Shown: positions 50,647 through 51,820 of the stretch, one piece after another
Numbering within the stretch: the stretch's first letter is position 1
Layout of the letters: every line of letters starts with the position of its first letter
Assembly: GCF_001194135.2 (NCBI RefSeq)
Contig: NC_068981.1
Coordinates: 65,131,373 to 65,183,192, forward strand
Length of the DNA stretch: 51,820 nt
Origin: Octopus bimaculoides
Lineage: Eukaryota
Reading direction: 5' to 3'
Program-made: the position numbers and the translations under genes
The notes under the pieces: generated by a model
Told to the model about the DNA's origin: nothing
The model's input: the letters and a program-made list of their open reading frames with translations, nothing else
The model's database searches: none

Positions 50647-51820
50647 TGTGTGAGCATGTATGTATGTATGGCATTATTCAGTTTCATTTCCTGATTTCTT
50701 GCCAATAGAGAAAGAATCAGTTTCTAACCAAAGCCTCAATTCATTGGAATCTCAACATCAACGACAGTATTTTTGTATGTATGCATGTATGTATGTATGT
50801 ATGTATGTCTGTATGTATGCATGTAAATGTGCAGATTTGTATGTTTTGCTCTATGTATATACTCTCATGCATATAGTTCCACATCTAGACATGCTCATAT
50901 ATACTTAACTGATAAACTGCTGGAAAGTTTAACAAAACTAAGTAAATGAGTGGAAATCGGTGTGTTAAATTAATAAGGCACTAAAAGAGAATGACTCTCC
51001 CCAGACACAGATTGGATCTGTAGTCTTTGAATTAGCTTTTCCTTTCTGGTTTTGGGAAGTCTAATTTCTCAAGATTAGTATTTAGGTAGTTCGCTACATA
51101 TCCTAGAGCCCCAATGTTTACAGGTATAAACCTGAACTTGTAATCTGGATAGAGTAATGTATGTATGTATGTATGTATGTACGTACGTACTTACATATGT
51201 ATGTATGTATGTATGTATGTATGTGCATGTGTGAGTGTGTATGTGTGTCCTTGTATTTGTCCCCCATACACACACTGCTTGATGACCAGTGTTGGTTTGT
51301 TTATGGCGCTGTAACTTAGCAGTTCAGCCAAAGAGACTGATAAAAGACGTACCTGACTTAAGAATAAAAATTGGCACTGAGGTTGATTTGCTCCACTAAA
51401 AACCTTCAAGACAGTGCCCCAGCATGGCCACAGTCCAATGATTGAAAACAAGTCAAAGGTAAAAGATGAGAAAAAATAGTTAAGCAACCAGAGACAAAGA
51501 GATGTTGAAAGAGAGTGATAGAGAAAGAGAGTGAGAGTGAAAGACAGAGAGAAAGGGGGAGAGGAAGAGAGTGTGTTTTGACCTTTGACCACTGAGGAGA
51601 AAGTTTGTCTTAGATATTTTATTCCATTTAAAGTCCAAAGGTTGTACATCTCTTAGATTGGATTGAAAAATATTGTCTTTTGGAAATAATGAATTCAGAA
51701 GCATTTAGAAGTCAAAGTCCAAACATAATTATGAAAACTTAAACTAATCCATCTTACTTCCAAATTAAGGATCCAACACTTCTTCCTCTTTATCATCATC
51801 ATTATCATCATCAGCATCAT

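Overview
AT-rich animal genomic DNA from a gapped assembly, with N-runs at 9063-9198, 10005-10014, 19703-19802, 25604-25962, 29436-29481, 35406-35579, 41309-41318 and 43069-43226. The repeat landscape looks like an octopus (coleoid cephalopod); this is inferred from remembered repeat families, not a database result. The main content is a + strand flotillin-1 gene. Nine GT-AG exons (8054-31672) splice into one open frame of 358 aa plus stop. The ~70 N-terminal residues were not found and probably lie upstream of the window. The introns and downstream region are full of mobile DNA: several tRNA-derived SINE families, RTE-clade LINE fragments, a decayed DD37D (maT) transposon, a decayed DD34E (Tc1) transposon, two hAT-type non-autonomous elements with 8-bp TSDs, MITEs, a probable solo LTR, and a 5'-truncated R4/Dong-like non-LTR element inside a (TAA)n tract. 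A CpG-retaining patch near 44.2-44.8 kb may be the start of a second gene. I see no convincing evidence of a wholly new biological system. The best leads are candidate unannotated alternative exons in flotillin-1 (39-nt in-frame cassette, 54-nt poison or internal first exon, alternative last exon), SINE dimers bounded by triplicated target-site repeats, a pre-miRNA-sized intronic hairpin, and the microsatellite-targeted retroelement. Most six-frame ORFs supplied are spurious or transposon-derived.
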